From positions 5,280,001 through 5,344,000 of the forward strand of contig OZ245365.1 of the NCBI GenBank assembly GCA_965226495.1: DNA of 64,000 nt, read 5' to 3'. Below are positions 27,751-36,438 of the stretch, piece by piece. The position numbers were made by a program, and so were the translations under genes. Position 1 is the first letter of the stretch, and the number at the start of each line of letters is the position of its first letter. The notes beneath the pieces were generated by a model. That model saw nothing but the letters and a program-made list of their open reading frames with translations. It did not search any database and had not been told where the DNA came from. This DNA is from Candidatus Marinacidobacterales bacterium. Its GTDB lineage: Bacteria; Acidobacteriota; Vicinamibacteria; Marinacidobacterales; DATDRI01.

Positions 27751-30327
27751 TTATCTGGAAGGTTCCCTAGATAAGTCAAAGACGGGGGCGGTCAAGAAGA
27801 CACCCAATCGGCGGTGGTCGGCCTTGGCTGGATCGAGCTCGGCAGGACGAAAGCCGGCAGCCGAGGTCACCGTCAGGTACGCGAGATCGTTCTCGAACGA
27901 CACCTGGACGCGCTTCGTTTCGAACGGACGGAGTGAAAACTGCAACACCTTTTCCGTCTGTTCTACTTCGACCCAGTTCTCCCGGCCACCGTTTGCCAAG
28001 GACAAAACCACGTCGACATCCCGCCTACCCTCCAAGGCGAAATGTGCCTTCGCGCCGGCTCGAACCCAAAAACCTCGAGGTTCGAAGAAGACGTTGTCGT
28101 CCAGAGAATGAAAGCGCAGTCCACCCTCAAACGCGAGAGATTGGAGTGCCGTCACCGCCTTGCCAGAGAGCCGTTCCGGTCGCAGGCGAAGGCTTGGGCT
28201 CGCGGAGCCGCTACGAACGCGAAAACGCGCTAGGCCCACGCCGGTCCGGAAGGTTCGTCCCATCCGGGATGACGTGAAGCAACCCTCGCCGTTACACAGC
28301 TCGACTTCTCCCGTCTCGTCGGAGCTCAGCACGAACTCACCCGACGGGAGGCGGATCGGCGCACTCTGCCAAAGCTCGACTTGCTCCTGCCGGTCTCGAC
28401 TGGCCCTCGTCGCCCCACGCAATGGCAAGTCCACGAGTCCCAGAACCTCCCCATACTCGATCGCGCTCACCGATGGTAGCTTTAGAAAACGATCCACTTC
28501 CCGGCCCGGGAGTCCCCACAAGAGGTCCTCCATCCAGCGGGCACGCGCATTTTCCGGAGCTCGACCTGGCGAAATAAAATCCACCAGGCATGTCGTGACG
28601 AGTAAGGGAACAACTAGGGGCGGCAACCGAAACCGCCTCGGTGAAAGCTGCACGACGGCGGCCAGCAGCAGAATCCCCGCACCCACTCCAACCAAAACGA
28701 GCGACCGCGGGTCCGCTCGCACCAGCGACGGAAGGTAGTGGGTTAGATCCCACGAAGCTCCCAGCGATTCCAAGAGCCGGCTGGTACCGTCTCTTTGGTT
28801 GAGGTACAAGAACTTACCTGGGACCGACGCAGCGTAGGCGCCAAAGAGAACACTCACGATAAGAAACGTTCGCGCCCACGGCTGAATTCCGCGTCGTGGC
28901 TCCCAACTCCATACGGCACCTGCCGCCACCGCTAGCAAAGGCAACGCGGGAAAAAGAAAGCGGGCGGGGGCCGAACTACCTCCTGACCACAAGGGATGCG
29001 CAGCCCCAGGGAGTGCCACCGCACCCAAAGTCACGAAGAGGAGCCAACCCGGCACAGGCTGGCGTCGAATGTAGCTTCCCAACGTTGCTACCGCAAAAAT
29101 GTAGAAAGGCGATGAGACGAAAAGGCCGAACTCCTGGTCGAAAAACAAACCCGCGAGCCCGAGAGGAATTCGTTCCCAGAAAACCCGCTGCGTGCCGTAA
29201 GAGGCAAGCGGGTTCGGACTCCCCAAGAACACGTAACAAAAGGTGACGAACGCCAAGAGGGTGACCGCAGTCCCGGCTGCGATCGCCCTTCGTTTCTTCG
29301 GCCAGAGGACCAACGAGCCCACAACGAAGACCGCCGCAAGCGGAAAAAACTTAATATGAAAGAAGGGAAGTGCCCCGAACGCCAGCCCCCATCCGGCGGC
29401 ACCCATCGAGCTCGGTGGCGGCGGCGAAACCCAACGACGGAAAAGTGCAATCGCCAACGTTGCCACGGCCAACTCGGGATACGCGGCGGTGGATAGGAAC
29501 AGAGTCGGTACAGTCACGCCGAAGCCCGCGGAGGCCAACAGTGCCGCGGCACGATCTCCGGTTAACTGCTCCACGGCTCCGAACAGCTCGCGAACGGCAA
29601 GTGCACCAAGAACCGCTTCGGTCAAGAGGACACCCAACAACCCAAGCAGGGCGTACCCTGGAAATAGTAGAAGCGGCATGCCAATCCCGTGGACGGAGTG
29701 GGACGTCCCGTGGGCCAGATGAGGACCTATCTTGCCGTCGTAGAACTCGCGGAAGCTTCCCTCCGCGTAGTCGTCTGCGACTCGCAGATCGTGATCACGG
29801 AGCAAACTATGAACGATCAATAAGTAATGTGGTTCGTCACCGGTTAGACCCACCTCCGCTTGAGCCTGGTAGCCCACTAGGAGATAGACTCCGAGCGCGG
29901 CCACTGCAACTTGGTTCGCCGAGAAGGATGGCACGAGCTCCAAATGCTCAGCGGCCAGCCACAGGACCGTCGCCAGGCTTCCCACCAGAAGCAGATCAAG
30001 GACAGGCCCACAAAACGCGGACAGAAAAGGCACAATAGAAAGTGCGCCCGGCACGTAGGCAAGGTTCGCGAGGCCGGGTAACAAGAGTGGGTGAAGGATC
30101 CTCACAGCGCCACGCCTGGCGAGGAGATGACCCGCGACGATTCCCCCCAGCGCTCCGACAACAAAAGCGAAGAGCCACCAACTCAGGGAAGGCACCGACA
30201 CGACGACCACCGGTCGCGTGATCGCTTCCGAGACCGGTACGCGGAGCGTCGATCGAAGGACCAGCGCCGTGGCCGTCGAAGCCCCGGCGGCGGCGCTCAA
30301 AAGCTTTTCGATGACTTGCTGGCGCAA
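27751..30327 (-). CDS. Large GT-C-like membrane glycosyltransferase with C-terminal extracellular domains
   Basis: GDEPHY first-loop motif, SL..D.DL, ~14 TM helices, W.GG..P.RF motif. Confidence 0.7.
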   Translation of the reverse strand: MRQQVIEKLLSAAAGASTATALVLRSTLRVPVSEAITRPVVVVSVPSLSWWLFAFVVGALGGIVAGHLLARRGAVRILHPLLLPGLANLAYVPGALSIVPFLSAFCGPVLDLLLVGSLATVLWLAAEHLELVPSFSANQVAVAALGVYLLVGYQAQAEVGLTGDEPHYLLIVHSLLRDHDLRVADDYAEGSFREFYDGKIGPHLAHGTSHSVHGIGMPLLLFPGYALLGLLGVLLTEAVLGALAVRELFGAVEQLTGDRAAALLASAGFGVTVPTLFLSTAAYPELAVATLAIALFRRWVSPPPPSSMGAAGWGLAFGALPFFHIKFFPLAAVFVVGSLVLWPKKRRAIAAGTAVTLLAFVTFCYVFLGSPNPLASYGTQRVFWERIPLGLAGLFFDQEFGLFVSSPFYIFAVATLGSYIRRQPVPGWLLFVTLGAVALPGAAHPLWSGGSSAPARFLFPALPLLAVAAGAVWSWEPRRGIQPWARTFLIVSVLFGAYAASVPGKFLYLNQRDGTSRLLESLGASWDLTHYLPSLVRADPRSLVLVGVGAGILLLAAVVQLSPRRFRLPPLVVPLLVTTCLVDFISPGRAPENARARWMEDLLWGLPGREVDRFLKLPSVSAIEYGEVLGLVDLPLRGATRASRDRQEQVELWQSAPIRLPSGEFVLSSDETGEVELCNGEGCFTSSRMGRTFRTGVGLARFRVRSGSASPSLRLRPERLSGKAVTALQSLAFEGGLRFHSLDDNVFFEPRGFWVRAGAKAHFALEGRRDVDVVLSLANGGRENWVEVEQTEKVLQFSLRPFETKRVQVSFENDLAYLTVTSAAGFRPAELDPAKADHRRLGVFLTAPVFDLSREPSR

Positions 30328-30329
30328 GG

Positions 30330-30343
30330 CTAGTGCCGTTCCA
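30330..30343 (+). repeat. Partial MITE end forming the last codons and stop of nudF
   Basis: CTAGTGCCGTTCCA identical to 26728-26741. Confidence 0.55.
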
Positions 30344-30875
30344 GACGCTCCTCGAGCATCGATAGGCCAACGAGGGTCTTGGCGTCCTTGATCTCGTGCC
30401 TGGCAACCATTTGGTGTGCCTCTTGGGGAGTGAAGAGGCGAACTTCGATCCGTTCGTCTTCCTCTGGAAGGGGTGTCCTCCTCTCGAGCTCGGTGGCCCG
30501 AAAGAGATGCATCAGCTCATCGGTGAACCCAGGGGCCGGATAAAACTCGAGGAGTTTCTCCAACCGGTGAGGGTAATACCCGGTCTCTTCCACCAACTCG
30601 CGGCGAGCCGTTTCGTCTGCTGACTCGCCCGGATCGATATGGCCGGCGGGCGATTCCCACATAAAAGCGTCGACCGCGTAACGATACTGTCGCACGAAAA
30701 CCAGACGACCATCGGGAACGACAGGCAGGATGACCGCCGAGCCGGCGTGCCGCACAACTTCCCGCTCGACCTCCACGCCTCCAGGTTCAGAGACTCGATC
30801 CACTTCGAGAGTAAGGATGCGTCCGCGGTAGGCGACTCGGTGATGCAACCGTTTCGCGAGCTCCCTTGCACACAT
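30330..30875 (-). CDS. nudF: ADP-ribose pyrophosphatase-type NUDIX hydrolase
   Basis: REVVRH.G, VRQYRY, E.PAG..DPGE.....ARREL.EETGY, PG..DE, DAKT. Confidence 0.88.
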   Translation of the reverse strand: MCARELAKRLHHRVAYRGRILTLEVDRVSEPGGVEVEREVVRHAGSAVILPVVPDGRLVFVRQYRYAVDAFMWESPAGHIDPGESADETARRELVEETGYYPHRLEKLLEFYPAPGFTDELMHLFRATELERRTPLPEEDERIEVRLFTPQEAHQMVARHEIKDAKTLVGLSMLEERLERH

Positions 30876-30976
30876 GCAGGCGATTCTAGCACGGTGCTAG
30901 TGTCACTCGGGTTGGGAAGGGTTAGGACGTTACGTAGGGGGATTCTGCGAACAATATCCTGGTGGCGGCGAGAACA

Positions 30977-31918
30977 CTAGGGCTCCACGCCGACCGGAGG
31001 AACCGCATAGTAACCGGTACGCGTACGCACGACCAGATCGGGCTGATCCTTGATGCGAACTTCGATCGCCCTCCAGAGTCCGTCTTTGGTTCCGTCCTGG
31101 GGGACGTAGGCCAAGCGGTACTGACTATGAAGCTCGTCCTGAATGCGATCGAAGGATTCGTCGAGCGCGCCAATGTCCTTGGGAAAGAAGGCCGCACCGC
31201 CCGTTTCTCTGGACAATTTCTTGAGAAAACCCTTGTTCACACCACTGCCACCAAAGCCACGACTCCCTTGAAACCCGACCGAATAGATCGTCACTTCGGA
31301 GAACTTCGCTCCTTCGACGGCATCGTCCTTCGTCGCTTCGCTCCCCACCCCGGCCGACCGAGAATCGTCACCGTCGGTAAAGACGAGAAGCGCCTTTCGT
31401 CCTTCCACCGACTCCAGCTTGAAAATGGAAAGCAGGATCGCGTCGTAGAGCGCCGTCCATCCAGAAGGATAGAGCGATTGAATCGTAGCCACGAGTCGAT
31501 CGACGTCATCGGTGAAATACGTGCTGAACCTGACCCGTTCATTGAAGTCTCCGATGATCGCCTGGTCGCCGTCCCAGAGCTTGCCGACAAAATTTCCAGC
31601 CGCTTCCTTCACGCCTTCCACGCTGGGACGGATGCTGGTCGAGGCATCGAGTAGCAGAAGGACGGTAACCGGTGTGACCTCAGGACTGAAAAAGCTAAGC
31701 TCCTGAATGCCTTTGTCTTCGTAAACCTCGAAGTCCTCTTCGGTGAGGCCGGGAATGAAACGCCCATTCTTGTCCACGACGACTACGTTGAGATTCACCG
31801 CCGCCACGCCTATCTTGAACTGAAATCGGTCTCCTTCCGATTGCTCCTGGGAGAGTGAGGTTCCGGCAGGCATCAAAACGACCGCGCCTAGAAGAGCCAA
31901 AGTGATGATTCGCGACAT
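30977..31918 (-). CDS. VWA domain protein (acidobacterial VWFA-related type)
   Basis: V.V.DK.G.FI.GL..EDF.VYED, DASTS MIDAS, TALYDA, RKALLVFTDG, QY.L.Y.P.....DG.WR.I.V, VRTR.GY. Confidence 0.9.
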   Translation of the reverse strand: MSRIITLALLGAVVLMPAGTSLSQEQSEGDRFQFKIGVAAVNLNVVVVDKNGRFIPGLTEEDFEVYEDKGIQELSFFSPEVTPVTVLLLLDASTSIRPSVEGVKEAAGNFVGKLWDGDQAIIGDFNERVRFSTYFTDDVDRLVATIQSLYPSGWTALYDAILLSIFKLESVEGRKALLVFTDGDDSRSAGVGSEATKDDAVEGAKFSEVTIYSVGFQGSRGFGGSGVNKGFLKKLSRETGGAAFFPKDIGALDESFDRIQDELHSQYRLAYVPQDGTKDGLWRAIEVRIKDQPDLVVRTRTGYYAVPPVGVEP

Positions 31919-32106
31919 GTTGTGTTCCTCGTTAGCTCGAGTCCGATCGAGATTTTCGCCTTTGGTAGCGATTCGGGGGCTGCGGTCCGGGCTTTGACCA
32001 CCTTAAGACCTTTAGATTGTAGCACAAAGAGGAGTTACCCCCAAGACGCCCCAGGGGCACAACACGGTTTGTTCGCCCCGGCAGTTTTGGCTAAACTTCG
32101 AGACAT

Positions 32107-32502
32107 ATGGATAGACGGTTCTTCACGGTGCTGGAAGCCAACGAGTTGATCCCTTTCCTTACCGAGCGATTGCGTCAGCTCCGCTCGATCTATCAGGGCC
32201 TGGAGAGCAACGCGATAAGCTGCACTCCCAGCCTCCAAGACGTCATCGTTCGCGGCGGCATCCCGGTGGATACCGCCTATCTGCACTTAGTCGGACGAAT
32301 CCAAGGAATTACGTCGGAGATCTGTTCTCAGGGATGTCAGCTCAAGGATCTAGAGAGTGGTCTCATCGATTTCCCCACGGTTTGGGAAGGTCGCGAGGTC
32401 TTTCTCTGCTGGAAGCTTGGCGAGCAAGAAGTGAGCTTTTGGCACGAAGTAGACGCCGGTTTTACCGGCCGGCAACCGTTGAAGAGCGACCTTCCTGCTT
32501 AG
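32107..32502 (+). CDS. DUF2203 domain protein
   Basis: FT..EAN.L.P, KD...GLIDFP....GREVFLCWK.GE..V..WH....GF.GR.P. Confidence 0.9.
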   Translation: MDRRFFTVLEANELIPFLTERLRQLRSIYQGLESNAISCTPSLQDVIVRGGIPVDTAYLHLVGRIQGITSEICSQGCQLKDLESGLIDFPTVWEGREVFLCWKLGEQEVSFWHEVDAGFTGRQPLKSDLPA

Positions 32503-32505
32503 TTC

Positions 32506-33345
32506 CTAAGACGGCTCCCGTTCGACATCCTCGGGTGGTGCTAGCTCCAGGTCGACCGTCGTCGTCGTACCCGCCTCGATGAGCACCTGCACTTCGGATT
32601 CACCCAACCACTCGTGCCAGGTCCTGAGCCGATATTCTCCGGCAGGAATATCTCCGATAAGATACGCTCCCTGGGGAGTGGTCAATGCATAGTAGGGATG
32701 TTCTTGCACTACGATGTAACCACTCATCCACGTGTGGCCGGCATCGCATTTCAAGCTCACCAATCCGGGATCGTCGAGCCTCCGTCGCATTCGGAATCCC
32801 TGGACAGGCAGTGCTAGGTTGAAGATCGTAGCGCTGCCGTTCATGGTGGCGTGCACGTTGTGGAGGATCGGATCGCTGTTATGAATGTCGACGGACGTTC
32901 CCGGAGGGACGATTTGAATGTGAGGGATGTACACGCATTGTTTCTGATCGAGCTTTGCCGAGTCGGATAGCTCCGGCATTTCCTTTCCCTGAGTTACACC
33001 CACCAAAGAAACCACCACGTTCGCGATGGTGTTCTCCTTTCCCAACTCTATAGATGGATCCGGAGTCTGTTCACCGCACGTGGCTTGATCTTTAAGCACC
33101 GGCCTCTCGGCCTGGGGTGGGAGAAAAGCAGAGAGGCGAACGGTGCCTGCGATCGCACCCCCGTCATCGACGGCAATGGTTTCATAGGCCGGAGCCCGGG
33201 CGCTTTCGCTTTCACGCGGTGAGCCAACATCACCGAACCCATCGTCACTAGATCCCGGGGTGGCTCGGCTTTCCCCGCCTGAGCACGCGAGCAGAGAGTA
33301 GAGCAAGAAAGTTAGCGTCGGAGCGCGATAGCTGTAGAATCTCAA
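32506..33345 (-). CDS. Cupredoxin-like / carboxypeptidase-regulatory-like domain lipoprotein (paralog of 34178-34948)
   Basis: Lipobox LLAC; DQ..C.Y.PH, NSD.ILHNVH, CDAGHTWM, HPYY, WHE. Confidence 0.75.
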   Translation of the reverse strand: MRFYSYRAPTLTFLLYSLLACSGGESRATPGSSDDGFGDVGSPRESESARAPAYETIAVDDGGAIAGTVRLSAFLPPQAERPVLKDQATCGEQTPDPSIELGKENTIANVVVSLVGVTQGKEMPELSDSAKLDQKQCVYIPHIQIVPPGTSVDIHNSDPILHNVHATMNGSATIFNLALPVQGFRMRRRLDDPGLVSLKCDAGHTWMSGYIVVQEHPYYALTTPQGAYLIGDIPAGEYRLRTWHEWLGESEVQVLIEAGTTTTVDLELAPPEDVEREPS

Positions 33346-33458
33346 AACCTGGTCTCTTGTTCCTTTGTTGATTCCCTCTCGGCCTGTTGGTAGGCTGTCG
33401 AGAGGGTAGGATGAGGGTCGTTCACTGTCAACCGAGGTATACTCCCTGCAAGGTCAAC

Positions 33459-34025
33459 ATGCCTTTCGCCTACTACCGGAAGCTCAACGCGCGTCAGAAG
33501 ACCATCTACCGCGAGAGCGACCGCGTCGAACAAGTAAAGCTCCGGTTGACGAGTGACTTCGAGACGCTAGTTGACGCCCTCGCACGATCTCTCGAGGCGG
33601 AAGACCAACCCAACACCCAGCGGGCGGCGCAGTCACTGGTGTCACACCTTACCGAGTCGCTTGGCGTCTCGCCACTGAGGGTCAATGTGCTTCGGCGGCG
33701 GCCGTCCTGGGAGACCGGTGAGCTACATGGTCTCTACGAGCCGGGAGACAACGGCGTCAACCGAGTCTCGGTATGGATGCGGACCGCTCAGCGTGCCCAG
33801 GTTGTGAAGTTCAAGACGTTTCTTCGCACGCTTCTGCACGAGCTCTGCCACCACCTCGACTACGAGCAACTCGGGCTCGAGGAGTCCTTTCATACTGAAG
33901 GATTCTACAAGCGCGAGTCGAGCCTCTTGCGACAGCTCTACCCCGGGCAGCCGAGCGGAAATGAAAGCGGCAATCGCCCCTCGTCGAGGCCTTCCACTCC
34001 CAAGCAGCGCGCCGTGCACCCTTAG
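33459..34025 (+). CDS. Small HExxH zinc metalloprotease-like protein (SprT/WLM-like)
   Basis: ELHGLY, FLRTLLHELCHHLD, SFHT.GF. Confidence 0.7.
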   Translation: MPFAYYRKLNARQKTIYRESDRVEQVKLRLTSDFETLVDALARSLEAEDQPNTQRAAQSLVSHLTESLGVSPLRVNVLRRRPSWETGELHGLYEPGDNGVNRVSVWMRTAQRAQVVKFKTFLRTLLHELCHHLDYEQLGLEESFHTEGFYKRESSLLRQLYPGQPSGNESGNRPSSRPSTPKQRAVHP

Positions 34026-34053
34026 TTGCTTTGTCTCGAAGATCCTATATACT
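34026..34053 (+). promoter_or_regulatory. Putative sigma70 promoter for cupredoxin-ctaA-DUF420 unit
   Basis: TTGCTT-N16-TATACT. Confidence 0.5.
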
Positions 34054-34177
34054 AATCGGTCGGCTGTTGAGGATGGGTTACCCCTGCAGCCACCCCCAGA
34101 ACCGGGCTTACCGCTCGGTCGATGTGGCGGCCCACAGCCCGTCAATTAGCATTTTGGCATTCTACTGGAGGATCTGA

Positions 34178-34948
34178 ATGATCAAGCAAGTTCTTGCTGT
34201 TCTTTTCACGTTGGCACTCGTCGGTTGCGGCGGAGGCGAAGAAGCCACGACTTCGAGTCCCGCAAAGAGCTCGACGCCCGCTCCGCCGCCGGTAGATTCG
34301 GCCACCGCAGGTTCCATCATCGGAACCGCCGTCCTGGAAGGCGATGCCCCAGAGCAAAAAACCGTCCAGATGAGCGCCGACCCCGTTTGCGCGAAAATGC
34401 ACACTTCGCCGGTGCAGACTGAGTTCGTCGTCGTTAACGCGGACGGCACACTAGCAAATGTGTTTGTTTATGTGAAGGACGGGCTCGGTGGACGCAAGTT
34501 CCCCACACCCAGTGAGGCGGTAGTGCTCGACCAAAACGGTTGCACCTACCACCCGCATGTTTTCGGAATCATGGTTGGCCAAGAATTGAGCGTGGTGAAT
34601 AGCGATGATACGCTTCATAACATCCACGCCATGCCGGAAAAAAACCCACAGTTCAACATCGGACAACCGATTAAGGGACTCACCACCAAGAAGACTTTCG
34701 AGCTCCCCGAGGTCATGGTGCCGTTCAAGTGCGACGTCCACAAATGGATGAACTCGTACGCCGGCGTGTTGGACCATCCCTACTTTGGCGTCACCGGCAC
34801 GACCGGCTCGTTCGAGATTGGGAATCTTCCTCCCGGCGACTATGTTGTCGAAGCATGGCACGAGAGACTGGGCGCTCAGACTCAAAACGTGACGGTCGGT
34901 GAGAAAGAAGCCAAGGAAATCTCCTTTTCCTTCAAAGCCTCCGAGTAA
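34178..34948 (+). CDS. Cupredoxin-like / carboxypeptidase-regulatory-like domain lipoprotein
   Basis: GGAGG RBS; lipobox LVGC; DQ.GC.Y.PHV, NSD.TLHNIH, CDVHKWM (potential type-1 Cu ligands H,C,H,M), HPYF, WHE. Confidence 0.8.
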   Translation: MIKQVLAVLFTLALVGCGGGEEATTSSPAKSSTPAPPPVDSATAGSIIGTAVLEGDAPEQKTVQMSADPVCAKMHTSPVQTEFVVVNADGTLANVFVYVKDGLGGRKFPTPSEAVVLDQNGCTYHPHVFGIMVGQELSVVNSDDTLHNIHAMPEKNPQFNIGQPIKGLTTKKTFELPEVMVPFKCDVHKWMNSYAGVLDHPYFGVTGTTGSFEIGNLPPGDYVVEAWHERLGAQTQNVTVGEKEAKEISFSFKASE

Positions 34949-34969
34949 TATCGGACGCGCCTTTCTAAA

Positions 34970-35008
34970 CTAGAAGAGACGCGGCGGTGCTCGCCGCGTC
35001 TCTTCTAG
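34970..35008. terminator. Perfect 17-bp stem-loop (terminator/attenuator or mRNA stabiliser)
   Basis: CTAGAAGAGACGCGGCG-GTGCT-CGCCGCGTCTCTTCTAG followed by pyrimidine-rich tract. Confidence 0.7.
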
Positions 35009-35029
35009 ATTCTCCTCTTCTGATTTCTA

Positions 35030-36028
35030 ATGGCCAGGTCAAAAAGCACCATACAAGCTCAACAGGCCAACCAAGCCTACCAAAAACGTTGGCTGCATCG
35101 CTTCGCGGTAGTAACCGCCGCATGCACGTGGGTGCTCATCTGGGCAGGCGGATTGGTAACTAGCACCGGCTCGGGGCTTGCCGTCCCTGACTGGCCGCTT
35201 TCCTACGGTATGCTCATGCCCCCGATGGTGGGCGGGATCCTCTACGAGCATGGCCATCGCATGGTGGCTACGTCGGTCGGCATGTTGACGACGGTTCTGG
35301 CGATCTGGCTTTGGCATTCCGAGCCACGCCAGTGGGTGCGCCGGCTAGGAGTAGCGGCATTGGCAATGGTCATCACTCAGGGAGTATTGGGCGGGATTAC
35401 GGTCATTTTTCTTCTGCCTACGCCGATCTCGGTCACGCATGCGACGTTGGCGCAGACCTTCTTCTGTGTCGTCGTCCTTCTCGCCTTCGCGACGTCTAGG
35501 GAATGGAAAACCGCGGTGAGGATGACGGATCGAGCCCATCCTTCGCTTCGAACGGTTGCGTTGATCGCAACGGGCGGTATCTATCTCCAGCTCATCCTGG
35601 GCGCGACGGTGCGGCACACCGGAGCCGCTCTTGCGATTCCGGACTTCCCACTAGCCTTTGGAGGCTTGGTTCCACCGCTCGAGACCGCACCGGTGGCCAT
35701 TCATTTTGCTCACCGGATGTTTGCTCTGGTCGTCCTGGGAGCCTTGGGATGGCTCGTGAGTCGTATCTGGCGTGAGCATTCGGGCGACACCCGGTTCACT
35801 CGACCGGCGATCGTGCTCTCTTGCCTCGTCGTCGTGCAGGTGCTCCTCGGGGGGACGATCGTCTGGACCTCTCGAGCGGTCTTCCCGGCGACGGCTCACG
35901 TGGCGATGGGCGCGCTACTCTTGGCCACCTCGTGGCTCTTGACGCTCCGGGCGTTCATACATCTCACCCCGGAGGCGGCACCCTCGATGAGCTCGATGTC
36001 CGTCGCCGAGAACCGGGGTTTGTCATAG
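35030..36028 (+). CDS. ctaA: Heme A synthase (COX15/CtaA)
   Basis: GG.VT..GSGLA.PDWP, EHGHR, Q..LGG.TV, H...A, G..VRH, HFAHR, H...G; 8 TM. Confidence 0.9.
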   Translation: MARSKSTIQAQQANQAYQKRWLHRFAVVTAACTWVLIWAGGLVTSTGSGLAVPDWPLSYGMLMPPMVGGILYEHGHRMVATSVGMLTTVLAIWLWHSEPRQWVRRLGVAALAMVITQGVLGGITVIFLLPTPISVTHATLAQTFFCVVVLLAFATSREWKTAVRMTDRAHPSLRTVALIATGGIYLQLILGATVRHTGAALAIPDFPLAFGGLVPPLETAPVAIHFAHRMFALVVLGALGWLVSRIWREHSGDTRFTRPAIVLSCLVVVQVLLGGTIVWTSRAVFPATAHVAMGALLLATSWLLTLRAFIHLTPEAAPSMSSMSVAENRGLS

Positions 36029-36438
36029 ACGCTTCGATCCTCCCCAACGTCAATGCGGCCCTGAACGCGGCCGCCGCCTGCTTCCTAACAGCCGGTTATT
36101 TTTTCATCCGCCGAAAGCACATCCGCGCGCACCGGATGTCTATGGTCGCAGCCTTCCTTACCTCGAGCCTCTTCCTGGCTTCCTACGTCTATTACCACTA
36201 CCAAGTAGGCTCCGTTGCCTTCACCGGACAGGGTTGGGTGCGTCCGGTTTATTTTGCCCTTCTGATCTCGCACATCGTGCTGGCTGCCCTCATCCTTCCC
36301 CTGGCCCTGGTGACCCTTTACCGAGCGCTGAAAGGTAACTTCGAGCTCCATCGACGGATCGCTCGATGGACACTTCCCATTTGGCTGTACGTGTCGGTGA
36401 CCGGCGTGACGATCTATTGGATGCTTTACTGGCTCTGA
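36025..36438 (+). CDS. DUF420 membrane protein (CtaM-like), probable ATA start
   Basis: LP.VNA.LN, G...I....I..HR..M, FL..Y..YH, L.SHI.LA, HRRIARWT.PIWLYVS.TG. Confidence 0.85.
   Translation: MDASILPNVNAALNAAAACFLTAGYFFIRRKHIRAHRMSMVAAFLTSSLFLASYVYYHYQVGSVAFTGQGWVRPVYFALLISHIVLAALILPLALVTLYRALKGNFELHRRIARWTLPIWLYVSVTGVTIYWMLYWL

Noticed and set aside
30886-30900. Palindrome CTAGCAC-G-GTGCTAG upstream of nudF
   Set aside because: Single short occurrence; cannot be separated from chance
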